The position numbers and the translations under genes were made by a program. From the IMG/VR virus record IMGVR_UViG_3300025174_000005: a DNA stretch of 64,000 nucleotides; one strand, written 5' to 3'. The DNA is from a virus. Of the stretch, positions 18,610 through 26,992 are shown one piece after another. Under the pieces are notes generated by a model. It saw nothing but the letters and a program-made list of their open reading frames with translations. It ran no database searches and was not told the DNA's origin. Positions within the stretch are counted from its first letter, which is position 1, and every line of letters starts with the position of its first letter.

Positions 18610-18816
18610 CTATCCTGATGTATTTAACTGACCATCATTAGTAATAGTTATTGTAAAAGTAATATTAAGAGGGCTAATTAATGGGAAAGAGATAATGGTA
18701 TCTGTTAATCCAGTGGTGCTTGCTGTATCTAGTGTACCATCGTCATCAGCACTAACTAACCACTGAGTACCATTAGGACTTTGCATATGTATTTTGCCAT
18801 TAACAACTATACCCAT
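18610..18816 (-). CDS. Small protein made of two SPxGxxW/F...DG.L modules
   Basis: MQSPNGTQWLVSADDDGTL and LISPLNITFTITITNDGQL. Confidence 0.65.
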   Translation of the reverse strand: MGIVVNGKIHMQSPNGTQWLVSADDDGTLDTASTTGLTDTIISFPLISPLNITFTITITNDGQLNTSG

Positions 18817-18859
18817 AAGTATATCACCCTGTGATTTTTAATAGCAAAGATAAGATATA

Positions 18860-19633
18860 TTATTGTGTACCAAGAAGGAGTGTTCCTTCATAATCTCCAA
18901 TAGCCTCACCAATATTAGTTACCCGTAAAGATGCTGTAGTACCAGAACTTAAAAGTTCTGGGTCAGGTAAGATAACCTCTATACTTGGTGCAACTATATT
19001 GATGCGTCCAAAGTATTTACGTGATCCATTTACCTCTATGAATACATCTCCGTCTACCGTACCACGAGCTATAAATCCTCGTAGAAACGTACTACCTGCT
19101 GATAAGTAACTTGTTATGGTAGCTGTGATGGCAATACCTACACCCGTAGCTGTACCATACTGATTAGCAGCCATAATAAAGGTACTTCCTCCACCACCTG
19201 AACCACCACTAACTTGTTGGGCGGTAGCTCCTTCTAACCACTCTATGGTGGCATAGGCTGTTGTATCTGAGCTATCATCTAAGTTAGTAACCTTCACGGC
19301 AAAGTGATTGCTGCCATTACCAGCTATGACGTGGGCAGCATTAAATTGTATGGGTTCAACTGATTCAGCAGGTGTTAATATGATTGTAGATATATCTGTG
19401 GGTATAAAGCCTTCTATGCGCTGGATGGTTATTTTAACAAAGCCTGGTGATGATAAGGTTACACTTAGTAATCTACCAAACTTACCTGACGTAACAGGAG
19501 AAGCATCTAGGGTAATAGTTGTACTGGCAAATACATCTCCACTCACAAGAGATGATTTAGGTAATCCATTATTACCACTACTACCTGATGAAGTTCCTCC
19601 GCCACCCCTACCTGACGATGATGCTCTACTCAT
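18860..19633 (-). CDS. Two-domain virion protein; first domain paralogous to the C-terminus of 10210..10998
   Basis: FAVKVTNLDDSSDTTAYATIEWLE vs FRVTVTNMDDVETATIYSSITWTEE. Confidence 0.65.
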   Translation of the reverse strand: MSRASSSGRGGGGTSSGSSGNNGLPKSSLVSGDVFASTTITLDASPVTSGKFGRLLSVTLSSPGFVKITIQRIEGFIPTDISTIILTPAESVEPIQFNAAHVIAGNGSNHFAVKVTNLDDSSDTTAYATIEWLEGATAQQVSGGSGGGGSTFIMAANQYGTATGVGIAITATITSYLSAGSTFLRGFIARGTVDGDVFIEVNGSRKYFGRINIVAPSIEVILPDPELLSSGTTASLRVTNIGEAIGDYEGTLLLGTQ

Positions 19634-19634
19634 C

Positions 19635-19976
19635 TTATATACCTAATCCTAACCATGATATCGTTGCAGCTTCAGATGATAATAAGTAGACCCTAGAAGG
19701 ATCTTTAACATCTAATCCTAGCACCTCAGAAGGCTCTAGAACATATCCATTAGAGGTAGTTAGTAATTCGGTGCCAATATAGATAAAGGATATGTTAGAA
19801 CCCATAGATTTGATTAATAATGAACGTACTAATATCTTATCTGAGGAGAGTTGAGTAATAACATCTGGAGCTAGCGTTAGTTGATTGTGTGACTTAATAC
19901 TAAGAGACACATTACTAACAGCGGCTTGGGAGGTTTTCTTGATATGTTCTACTAACTCGTCTTCGCGCTTAGCCAT
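19635..19976 (-). CDS. Small beta-rich virion/decoration protein
   Basis: SLLIKS..N...IYIG.....NGYVLEP pattern, similar fold pattern to 9653..10093. Confidence 0.6.
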   Translation of the reverse strand: MAKREDELVEHIKKTSQAAVSNVSLSIKSHNQLTLAPDVITQLSSDKILVRSLLIKSMGSNISFIYIGTELLTTSNGYVLEPSEVLGLDVKDPSRVYLLSSEAATISWLGLGI

Positions 19977-19986
19977 ACATATAATA

Positions 19987-20009
19987 ATAGCCTCGGAAAC
20001 CGAGGCTAT
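19987..20009 (-). terminator. Stem-loop between the replication and fibre modules (possible terminator)
   Basis: Perfect 10-bp stem atagcctcgg/ccgaggctat with 3-nt loop; only a weak A/T tail. Confidence 0.6.
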
Positions 20010-20032
20010 AAAATATTAGGAGGGCTTAGTTG

Positions 20033-20374
20033 TTAACTATTTATTTCCTGTACTTCCCATACTATACCCGTACCCTTACAGCTCCTACAATTAACTGGAT
20101 CTGTTGTAATTATAGCTTTAATATCCTGATAAAAGTTATAGGGCATATGACCCCTACCTGCACATACAGGGCACTTATGGGGTATCTTACTTGGTGTAGT
20201 CTTAGGTGTTTCAATAGGTGGTAATGTAAAGTATTTAAAGTAAGTATATTTATAGTTATTGTGTGGGTTTATTGCTGCTATGTTATCCTCTGAGAAAGGA
20301 TCTCTCCATGTCATTGTATCACCCCTTATCAATACTACATATGTATGTATTGTCTTTTCTATACAATATATCAT
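20033..20374 (-). CDS. Small protein with DnaJ-type zinc finger
   Basis: CPVCAGRG and CRSCKGTG (CxxCxGxG x2); real start may be MTWRDP. Confidence 0.65.
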   Translation of the reverse strand: MIYCIEKTIHTYVVLIRGDTMTWRDPFSEDNIAAINPHNNYKYTYFKYFTLPPIETPKTTPSKIPHKCPVCAGRGHMPYNFYQDIKAIITTDPVNCRSCKGTGIVWEVQEINS

Positions 20375-20645
20375 ATAGACGCCACTTTATGTGACAGTGC
20401 CAGGAATCTACTCCAAAATCAATCATTATCTCTACTTGAGATAAATCCCTGGTATATTCCTTAATAGTATATTTCTCAATCTTAATAGAACTATAGCTAG
20501 GCACAGAAATGTTTTGATTGCGTATTACTAAATGCTGTATGGTATCTATGGACATATTACCATATGGTTCTTTGGTATAAATAATAATATGATCAACTAT
20601 AATAATTCCCGTGTGGGATTCATCACATATCCATAGTGACCCCAT
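20319..20645 (-). CDS. Hypothetical protein
   Basis: Operon position. Confidence 0.55.
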   Translation of the reverse strand: MGSLWICDESHTGIIIVDHIIIYTKEPYGNMSIDTIQHLVIRNQNISVPSYSSIKIEKYTIKEYTRDLSQVEIMIDFGVDSWHCHIKWRLYDILYRKDNTYICSIDKG

Positions 20646-20649
20646 CTAT

Positions 20650-21078
20650 TCAACTAAGACCTTGGCACATCTTCGCAACGAAAACAGCAATATCAAAACC
20701 ATATGCTTCTTCTAGAGATATTCTACAACCTTCTTTTATAAATTCGATTTTGTCTAGTATTATATTATATGCGTCACCCGTTGGTGGTTGACGCATTATT
20801 AATACTTTCAAAGAAGATGGTGGTGTTTTAATAACTGGTAAGGGCTTATTAAACACTATCGATCCACAACACCCCTCTTTTTTAACAACCTGCGCTGGAA
20901 TATCTCCCATTACGAAGAATGGTGTGGGTTCTTCGTCCTTTCTTATACATATTTTATCTATTGTTGCAAGTATGTTGTCGTTTGCACCATCCAACAACCA
21001 TATCTCTACAATTCCTTGATATTCTCCTTGATATTCTGTTGCATTACTCATTGATGATAAAAAGATTTCAACACCCAT
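20650..21078 (-). CDS. Hypothetical protein, possible tail-tube-like fold
   Basis: Strong SD; GSIVF...PP..L.V.I...I.L..IEF..EG..IS.EE...FVAK pattern recalled from large-phage tube-like proteins. Confidence 0.5.
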   Translation of the reverse strand: MGVEIFLSSMSNATEYQGEYQGIVEIWLLDGANDNILATIDKICIRKDEEPTPFFVMGDIPAQVVKKEGCCGSIVFNKPLPVIKTPPSSLKVLIMRQPPTGDAYNIILDKIEFIKEGCRISLEEAYGFDIAVFVAKMCQGLS

Positions 21079-21103
21079 TGTGTTTCCTTCCTTTCGTTTT
21101 TTG

Positions 21104-21592
21104 TTAAAGCAATCCTAGCGCACTTAGTAACAAAGCCGTGTTTGTTTTAGCTATCTCATCTCCAAGGCGTGTGCCTTGACAACCCTTAGGTATGAGTATG
21201 TGTGGTTTCTTAACTAATGTTATTTCACGCATATTCTTAACTTCTAGTAGTCCCCATCCAAGGGGTAGATCTTCTACGGGTATTACGCCTATGGGAGCTA
21301 TAAATAATTGTTTCTTAGCTATAGGCATTGCTGTTAATTTAGTTTGCTTGGCTTGTTCTTTGGCATGAGTAAAGTCACTCTTAACAGCCTTGGCTTCTAT
21401 CATTATGCCATAGGGCTGCCCACCACTACGCTTCTCATATTTAGTCATACCCCATCCAGCAACATCATGGATGTAATTACTTATAGCTACTTCTATAGCC
21501 ATAGATCTAAAACCACTCATCCAAAGCCACTGTATGCCTAGACGCTTAAGTATATAATGTTCTAGTGATTCATTTTTGCGACGTACTTTCAT
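21104..21592 (-). CDS. MmcB-like PD-(D/E)xK endonuclease
   Basis: AIEV....DVAG ... IEAKA.KSDF ... F.AP.GVI...DLP.GWGLL. Confidence 0.7.
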   Translation of the reverse strand: MKVRRKNESLEHYILKRLGIQWLWMSGFRSMAIEVAISNYIHDVAGWGMTKYEKRSGGQPYGIMIEAKAVKSDFTHAKEQAKQTKLTAMPIAKKQLFIAPIGVIPVEDLPLGWGLLEVKNMREITLVKKPHILIPKGCQGTRLGDEIAKTNTALLLSALGLL

Positions 21593-21596
21593 TCTA

Positions 21597-22451
21597 TTAG
21601 ACCTTCTTCTTGGCTTTTTTACTTAGAAAAGCCAAGCTCTTTTCTTCAGGGGTGTTAATAGATTTAATTACTTCGTCTCCAACCCTCCATCTGCCTTCTA
21701 CGTTAGCACGACACAAGTCTTTAAGACCACAATAGTAACACTCCTTACTACTGCCAGGTGAGGTTGTATAAGGATTAAGACCTTGTGGTATAGGAGGTAC
21801 TGTTTTATTAGCTACGTTCTCATTAAATGATTTAGCTTTATCAATAAGGGCTAATGCGGTATTTCTATCATATATAAGAGGTGTATAGAGTCTATCTTGA
21901 CTATCTTTGTTCTCACATACAAAGATACCTACGGTTAATCCTGTTAGATGTAAGTAAACCATTAATTGATCTTTATAGTCTTGAGAGATGCCATTTTTCT
22001 TGGCATCTTCAAACGACCTACTGTTCATGCTCTTTGCTTCTACCAAGAACATGAGACCACCATATCCTGGTATGTTGGCTAAACATAATTGATCTGTGTG
22101 TCCACCACTATTAACCTCAGGATTTTTAAGACCAAGTTCGTCTTTAACAACATAACCAGCTTCTTCCATTTCTTCGAGAAGTCTACTGTGGTAGTAATGA
22201 CCATTGTCAAATTTGCGTAGTGTGTTTGAAGTGAAGGGTTCCTTACCTTCTGATGGGACTAAAGCTTGGAGTACTTGTTTGCGTAAGCACTTACCAACTG
22301 CTGATGGATGGAATACCATATAGTCACGAGTATTTGAGGCGTGACGGGCTTGCATCACATGATCTAGATCTTGCTCAAGTTGGGATGCTAATTGAAGGGC
22401 TAGTTTACTGTGTTCCTCACGTTCTTCTGGTGACAGCCTGCGTTCTAACAC
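21597..22451 (-). CDS. Cas4-like PD-(D/E)xK exonuclease with Fe-S Cys motif
   Basis: HPSAVGKCLRK; G..YH; GHTD; VEAKS; Q...Y; CYYC.....C. Confidence 0.85.
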   Translation of the reverse strand: MLERRLSPEEREEHSKLALQLASQLEQDLDHVMQARHASNTRDYMVFHPSAVGKCLRKQVLQALVPSEGKEPFTSNTLRKFDNGHYYHSRLLEEMEEAGYVVKDELGLKNPEVNSGGHTDQLCLANIPGYGGLMFLVEAKSMNSRSFEDAKKNGISQDYKDQLMVYLHLTGLTVGIFVCENKDSQDRLYTPLIYDRNTALALIDKAKSFNENVANKTVPPIPQGLNPYTTSPGSSKECYYCGLKDLCRANVEGRWRVGDEVIKSINTPEEKSLAFLSKKAKKKV

Positions 22452-22476
22452 TATTAGGTACCCCCTATTAGTTTAG

Positions 22477-23457
22477 TTACTCGCTTAAGGGCTTATTGCC
22501 ACGTTTGTTTAGGAAACAAGCATATTCCCTAAAGTGTATATGGCTAATATCTTCTCCTTGATCTACGAGTATTTTTAGATCTGCTAGTTTTTGAAGTATA
22601 GATTTCTTGCGACGCTTCATTGTTGTCATACTAATACCAGCCATTCTAGCTGCTTTAGGTATTGTGAGCTCATCATAATAAAAGAGCTTAAGGTAATAAC
22701 GCTCTATTGGCCAGAGCTTGGAGAATAAATCTCCGCATGTAATACCTTGTACCCAATTTATTCCAAGTTCACTATTCCCAAAATCTAGATATTCAACTGG
22801 TCCTAGTGTTGACAATCTTTCTTTTCCAAGATGTTCTACTGTGTCAATACTAGCATTCTGCAGGTCTATATTACCATAACGTGCATCTAATTGCAAGTTT
22901 TCCCCTTCATCGTCTATGGAAATTAAGTTTTCTGCTGACATAGACACAAGAGGATCACGCATGTTCTCTTTGACCTTACGAGCAAAGTTACATATAAAAG
23001 ACTTAATAAAATATCTTAACCAATATATGTTTTCATCTGTGCCCTTATAATAGTTCATTGCTTTAACTATAACTTCCGCCATATCTTGACGGATGTCTTC
23101 TACAGATATTATTTTATAGCAACAGAATATGTGGTAGGCTGCATTATAAGCAGCCTCCTTAACATGAGTGCTAAGTTTTTTAGAACGTAAGCCGTAGACT
23201 ACTTCTTTATCGCCTATGAATAGGCTAACAAAATGTCTTTGAGTAGGTGATGATAACAGAAGAGTATTCATTTTAATAATACGTATGAATTGCTCTAAGA
23301 AATCGTGAAACTTATCCATCATATCTATAGTTGCTAGCTGATCGCCTTGCTTATGACGTTTAACTATTGACCAAAGTAAAACTTCTTCTTCTGTGGGAGG
23401 TGGATTCTTATATTCCTTAGGTGGTTTGATCGTAGTTGTGATGTTTTTCTTTTTCAT
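22477..23457 (-). CDS. Phage sigma70-like transcription factor
   Basis: Region 2-like EDIRQDM..VIVKAM..Y; region 4 HTH LWPIERYYLKLFYYDELTIPKAARMAGIS..TMKRRKKSILQKL. Confidence 0.75.
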   Translation of the reverse strand: MKKKNITTTIKPPKEYKNPPPTEEEVLLWSIVKRHKQGDQLATIDMMDKFHDFLEQFIRIIKMNTLLLSSPTQRHFVSLFIGDKEVVYGLRSKKLSTHVKEAAYNAAYHIFCCYKIISVEDIRQDMAEVIVKAMNYYKGTDENIYWLRYFIKSFICNFARKVKENMRDPLVSMSAENLISIDDEGENLQLDARYGNIDLQNASIDTVEHLGKERLSTLGPVEYLDFGNSELGINWVQGITCGDLFSKLWPIERYYLKLFYYDELTIPKAARMAGISMTTMKRRKKSILQKLADLKILVDQGEDISHIHFREYACFLNKRGNKPLSE

Positions 23458-23468
23458 AATGCTCCTAT

Positions 23469-24092
23469 TTATAATTTCTCGAAGTGTTCAGGTACCAACA
23501 TGAACGTGTAAAATAGAGCCAGAGCATCAGATTGGGCCTCTGTGAGGCCTTCAACACCACTTAATCCTTCTATAGCTATTTGCATATCTAACTTAGATGC
23601 ATCTCCACTTTCTGCAACTACTTTCTTGGCTCTTCGATTATTGATAGCGATGATGGGCAATCTGTGAGCAGCAGCTGTCAGCATGATAGCACCACGCATT
23701 TGAGATAGATATCTAAAGGTAGCCACCAATCCTCTATAGAATATATCTTCGATAATAATAAGATCTATGCGATGATGCTCTATAAGATTAGTTAGTTGAT
23801 GATTAAGCTCAAGAAGCCTAGCTGAAGTAGGATGTATATCCTTAAGGTGAAAATCAGCAGCTGTTATGATAGAAGGGCTGTGCCCTTCCTTAAGAGAACA
23901 TCGTATAACAACGATACCTGTTGTATTAGACGGGTCTATTGCAAGAATAGATATGACTTTCTTACGAGGGACGAGAGACGTTAAAGCCTCATTATCTACC
24001 GTCAATATTGACGGAGGAGTAAGTGGTTGCTTATTTGTCTCAGTTGGTTTCTGAAGATTGATTGGTCTCTGAAAGTATTTCTTTTGGTTCAC
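23469..24092 (-). CDS. ruvC: Holliday junction resolvase RuvC
   Basis: ILAIDPS..TG, IIIEDIF, L...RGA..L, K.V...G.A.K..MQ, SDALA; all catalytic acidic residues present. Confidence 0.9.
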   Translation of the reverse strand: MNQKKYFQRPINLQKPTETNKQPLTPPSILTVDNEALTSLVPRKKVISILAIDPSNTTGIVVIRCSLKEGHSPSIITAADFHLKDIHPTSARLLELNHQLTNLIEHHRIDLIIIEDIFYRGLVATFRYLSQMRGAIMLTAAAHRLPIIAINNRRAKKVVAESGDASKLDMQIAIEGLSGVEGLTEAQSDALALFYTFMLVPEHFEKL

Positions 24093-24297
24093 TTGATTTG
24101 CTTTGCTCGCTGTCTGGTTCGTATGTTGGTTTATTGTATTTGAATTTGATGGTAACTATTTCTTCATCTTCTTCTACAAACCTAACACCGTAATGCATTT
24201 GAGACACGCCAGGGATACCTTTGTGTTTAATAAAGGTTGCACCTTCGTCTTCATAAAGTCTAATTAATTTCTTTTCGTGTTCTTTTGGATCTATCAT
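24040..24297 (-). CDS. Hypothetical protein
   Basis: AGGAG SD; has its own promoter upstream. Confidence 0.7.
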   Translation of the reverse strand: MIDPKEHEKKLIRLYEDEGATFIKHKGIPGVSQMHYGVRFVEEDEEIVTIKFKYNKPTYEPDSEQSKSSEPKEILSETNQSSETN

Positions 24298-24312
24298 GGT
24301 TTTATCTCCTAT

Positions 24313-24341
24313 ATCGTACCATATTGAAAATGTAATGTCAA
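24313..24341 (-). promoter_or_regulatory. sigma70-type promoter with extended -10
   Basis: TTGACA-17 nt-TACGAT, TG before the -10, followed by ATAGGAG SD. Confidence 0.75.
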
Positions 24342-24346
24342 TTGAT

Positions 24347-25279
24347 TTACTTACTCAAATTATGGGGTATCAATACATCTTTGGAGTTTGTAATTAGTTG
24401 AGCTACTTCTTCCACTTCTATATCCTCTGTTTCCGTTTGTTCCTTTGGTTCTTCCCATGGCAATCCCTCCCTGTTAGTAAATAGCGGCTTACGAGAGCCG
24501 TATATGAGCCAGGAATCACATTCTTTAGTAAAAGGACAAGTAGAGCACCTACCTCCTTTAATTGGATATACTACACGGAGTTGCATAGCGTGACCGACAC
24601 TATCCACAAGCCTCTTAAGGTATTGCTTTCTCCATACTTGTATAACTACCCTAGATGTAATGTTTCTACCCTTACGATCTGTCCATAAGACAGTAACCTC
24701 ATTAATTGGTTTCCCATATATGTATTCTATAGCCATACACCATGACGTATATAACATATGGTGTTCCTCAGATATAGATGTACCCATAGCAGATGCTCTA
24801 ATATCCAATATAGATATACTATCGTATTGTGGGCAATATCGAACAACAGGTAGTTGACCAACTATGTAGTGTCTTCCGCATGGTATTCGAAAACTTTCAT
24901 TAACAGACATGGGTTTGTGTATTGGCCTACTCTTTCTCCAGTTAACAAACCTATGAAGTGCATCATATCCACCTTTAAGTAATTTCTCTGCACCTGTCAT
25001 AAGTAGACTACCATGACTACTAACTTTATAGTCATGTTCTAATGGATTAATTTTTGTGCGCCACATAAGTGCTAGACGATTACGAAGAACTGATTCTAAT
25101 GTAATATGACCTAGTAGTTCTTCTGTGTAGGTATACTCTATAAGTTCTTTGAGATCTATGTGTATCTTATCTTGTAGATGAGGTTCTTCTTCTAAAACTA
25201 GTTTATTCTCTAAGAAAAGAAATTGGTGCTGTAATGGACAACCTATAAAGGTCTGAAGTTGTTTAACTGTTATATCCAC
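24347..25279 (-). CDS. PD-(D/E)xK/Cas4-like fold protein with degenerate active site
   Basis: N-terminal L.TF..CP and C-terminal CSTCPF...C retained; GQLP and LDIR replace G..D and DxK. Confidence 0.7.
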   Translation of the reverse strand: MDITVKQLQTFIGCPLQHQFLFLENKLVLEEEPHLQDKIHIDLKELIEYTYTEELLGHITLESVLRNRLALMWRTKINPLEHDYKVSSHGSLLMTGAEKLLKGGYDALHRFVNWRKSRPIHKPMSVNESFRIPCGRHYIVGQLPVVRYCPQYDSISILDIRASAMGTSISEEHHMLYTSWCMAIEYIYGKPINEVTVLWTDRKGRNITSRVVIQVWRKQYLKRLVDSVGHAMQLRVVYPIKGGRCSTCPFTKECDSWLIYGSRKPLFTNREGLPWEEPKEQTETEDIEVEEVAQLITNSKDVLIPHNLSK

Positions 25280-25312
25280 TAGAGCACCGTATATGAAAGG
25301 AGTTGCTAATAA

Positions 25313-25657
25313 CTAAGGTTGTAATCCGTGTTTAGTATACGGATCTGAACCTGCTTCAAAGAGACGTTCTTTTTCTGCATCAGGTAATCTTTCGAAAATA
25401 GCTATATCAGCATTAATAGTATCTTTAACTACAGCATTCTTCTTTTCTGCACTACGAACAGAGCATTGCACATGAGCACGCTTAGAGAGTTCTAATTGTT
25501 GAATAGCTGGGTCATCAGACAAGGGTACGCCACTGAATTCATCACTAAGGCCTAGTATGGGCTTTCCACAAAACTGACAATAGATAGGACGTTGTGAGAA
25601 TGCAGGAGCTATTTGATTGAGCATATTTGCCATATTCTGCATTGGATCATTAGCCAT
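25313..25657 (-). CDS. Hypothetical Zn-binding protein
   Basis: CQFCGK ... HVQC. Confidence 0.65.
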   Translation of the reverse strand: MANDPMQNMANMLNQIAPAFSQRPIYCQFCGKPILGLSDEFSGVPLSDDPAIQQLELSKRAHVQCSVRSAEKKNAVVKDTINADIAIFERLPDAEKERLFEAGSDPYTKHGLQP

Positions 25658-25659
25658 AA

Positions 25660-25902
25660 CTAACCTCCTTTCTTAATTGTCGTGAGTGCATACAACATCA
25701 TTAGAGCACCCATAAAAAAATTATAATGTTTCATGTCAAGAGTACGCTTTGCGAATGCCATAGCTGCTGATAAGGCAGTGGTTGCACCAGGAAACAGTTC
25801 TTCTGCTGCCTTATCGATTCCCCTTCTCTCTTCTGAGAGAGGTTGTGTAGTAGCTACATCGAACAAAGCTTGTATTATTTTATTATCTAATGGAGATTGC
25901 AT
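25660..25902 (-). CDS. Hypothetical protein
   Basis: GAGG SD; operon position. Confidence 0.6.
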   Translation of the reverse strand: MQSPLDNKIIQALFDVATTQPLSEERRGIDKAAEELFPGATTALSAAMAFAKRTLDMKHYNFFMGALMMLYALTTIKKGG

Positions 25903-25940
25903 AAGTAATACCTCGTATAATAATATCGTCTATGTATATA

Positions 25941-26990
25941 TTACACTAAACCATTGATGGCGTCAAGATAGTATCGACTCCGAGTCTCATCTGCTTCGTG
26001 GAGTACTGACATCTCGGGTACTAATTCATAGAAGAGATGAGCCTTAAAGTCACTGAGTTTGTTTTTGAGAACGTTAACTTCTAATACAGGAAACTTCTGA
26101 TAGGAAGGTTTATCTGATCTCGTATAATACACCTTGGGGTCTGGTAGATTTAATTGAACTTCCGAATAACATAACATAGCAACATCGCTGTCATATTTAA
26201 TAGCTGAACTATCCCTAATATCATCTAGTGTAGGGCGGGCATTTAGTTTCTGCTTATCTGACTTTCTAAGTTCTGCTGTTACTAATACTGGTACTTTATA
26301 TTTCTTCATTATCTCATCTTTAAGTTGTGATGATATATATTTAGTAGCAGCAACTGATTCGTTTAGTTTATATGATGTAGTTGTTAGATCATGTAGGGCA
26401 TCTACGCATACTACTATATTCTTATGACCATAACGTGCCTGTACGTCATTGTATATCCTAGCAACATCTTTAGTTACTAGCTCTATACTATTACCTCCTA
26501 GATGTACTGAAGATACTATAGAGAATGATTTGGGTACTGTCTCCCTGAATTCTTTGATTGCTTGATCTCTACGCAATACTAATTCTGGATGGGTCTTCTG
26601 CCACTTCTTAGGTTTAACCACCACTGATATAGGTATTCTAGCCATCATCGCCAGTAATCTAGCTGCGATAACTGTTTCATCATCATCTATGGCATAGTAT
26701 ATTACATGTATGGGATCGTTATTACGTGCTAATTGCCATGCAATTGCCATCATAATTGCTGATTTCCCTATATTGGTTTCTCCTGCGATAATATAGAATC
26801 CCTTAGATATTCCTTCGAAAGCATTCATAAGACGTGGAAACTCTACCTTATATCCCCCTTCCTCACGTTGACTCCACGATTCTTCTTCTAATAAATTAAT
26901 AGTAGACTTAGTTCTCTGTTCATAAAAAGGCGCTTGAGTTAATTGTTCATCAACTGCTTCCTTTACTTTAACAATATTTGGATTATCCAT
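25941..26990 (-). CDS. DnaB-like replicative helicase (SF4), lacking the usual N-terminal domain
   Basis: Walker A GETNIGKS; VCVDALH; TAELRK; RPTLDDIRDS; VLKNK. Confidence 0.85.
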   Translation of the reverse strand: MDNPNIVKVKEAVDEQLTQAPFYEQRTKSTINLLEEESWSQREEGGYKVEFPRLMNAFEGISKGFYIIAGETNIGKSAIMMAIAWQLARNNDPIHVIYYAIDDDETVIAARLLAMMARIPISVVVKPKKWQKTHPELVLRRDQAIKEFRETVPKSFSIVSSVHLGGNSIELVTKDVARIYNDVQARYGHKNIVVCVDALHDLTTTSYKLNESVAATKYISSQLKDEIMKKYKVPVLVTAELRKSDKQKLNARPTLDDIRDSSAIKYDSDVAMLCYSEVQLNLPDPKVYYTRSDKPSYQKFPVLEVNVLKNKLSDFKAHLFYELVPEMSVLHEADETRSRYYLDAINGLV

Positions 26991-26992
26991 AT

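Noticed and set aside
21597-22451. CRISPR-Cas locus suggested by the Cas4-like gene
   Set aside because: No repeat-spacer array, cas1 or cas2; solo Cas4-like nucleases are common in phage recombination modules
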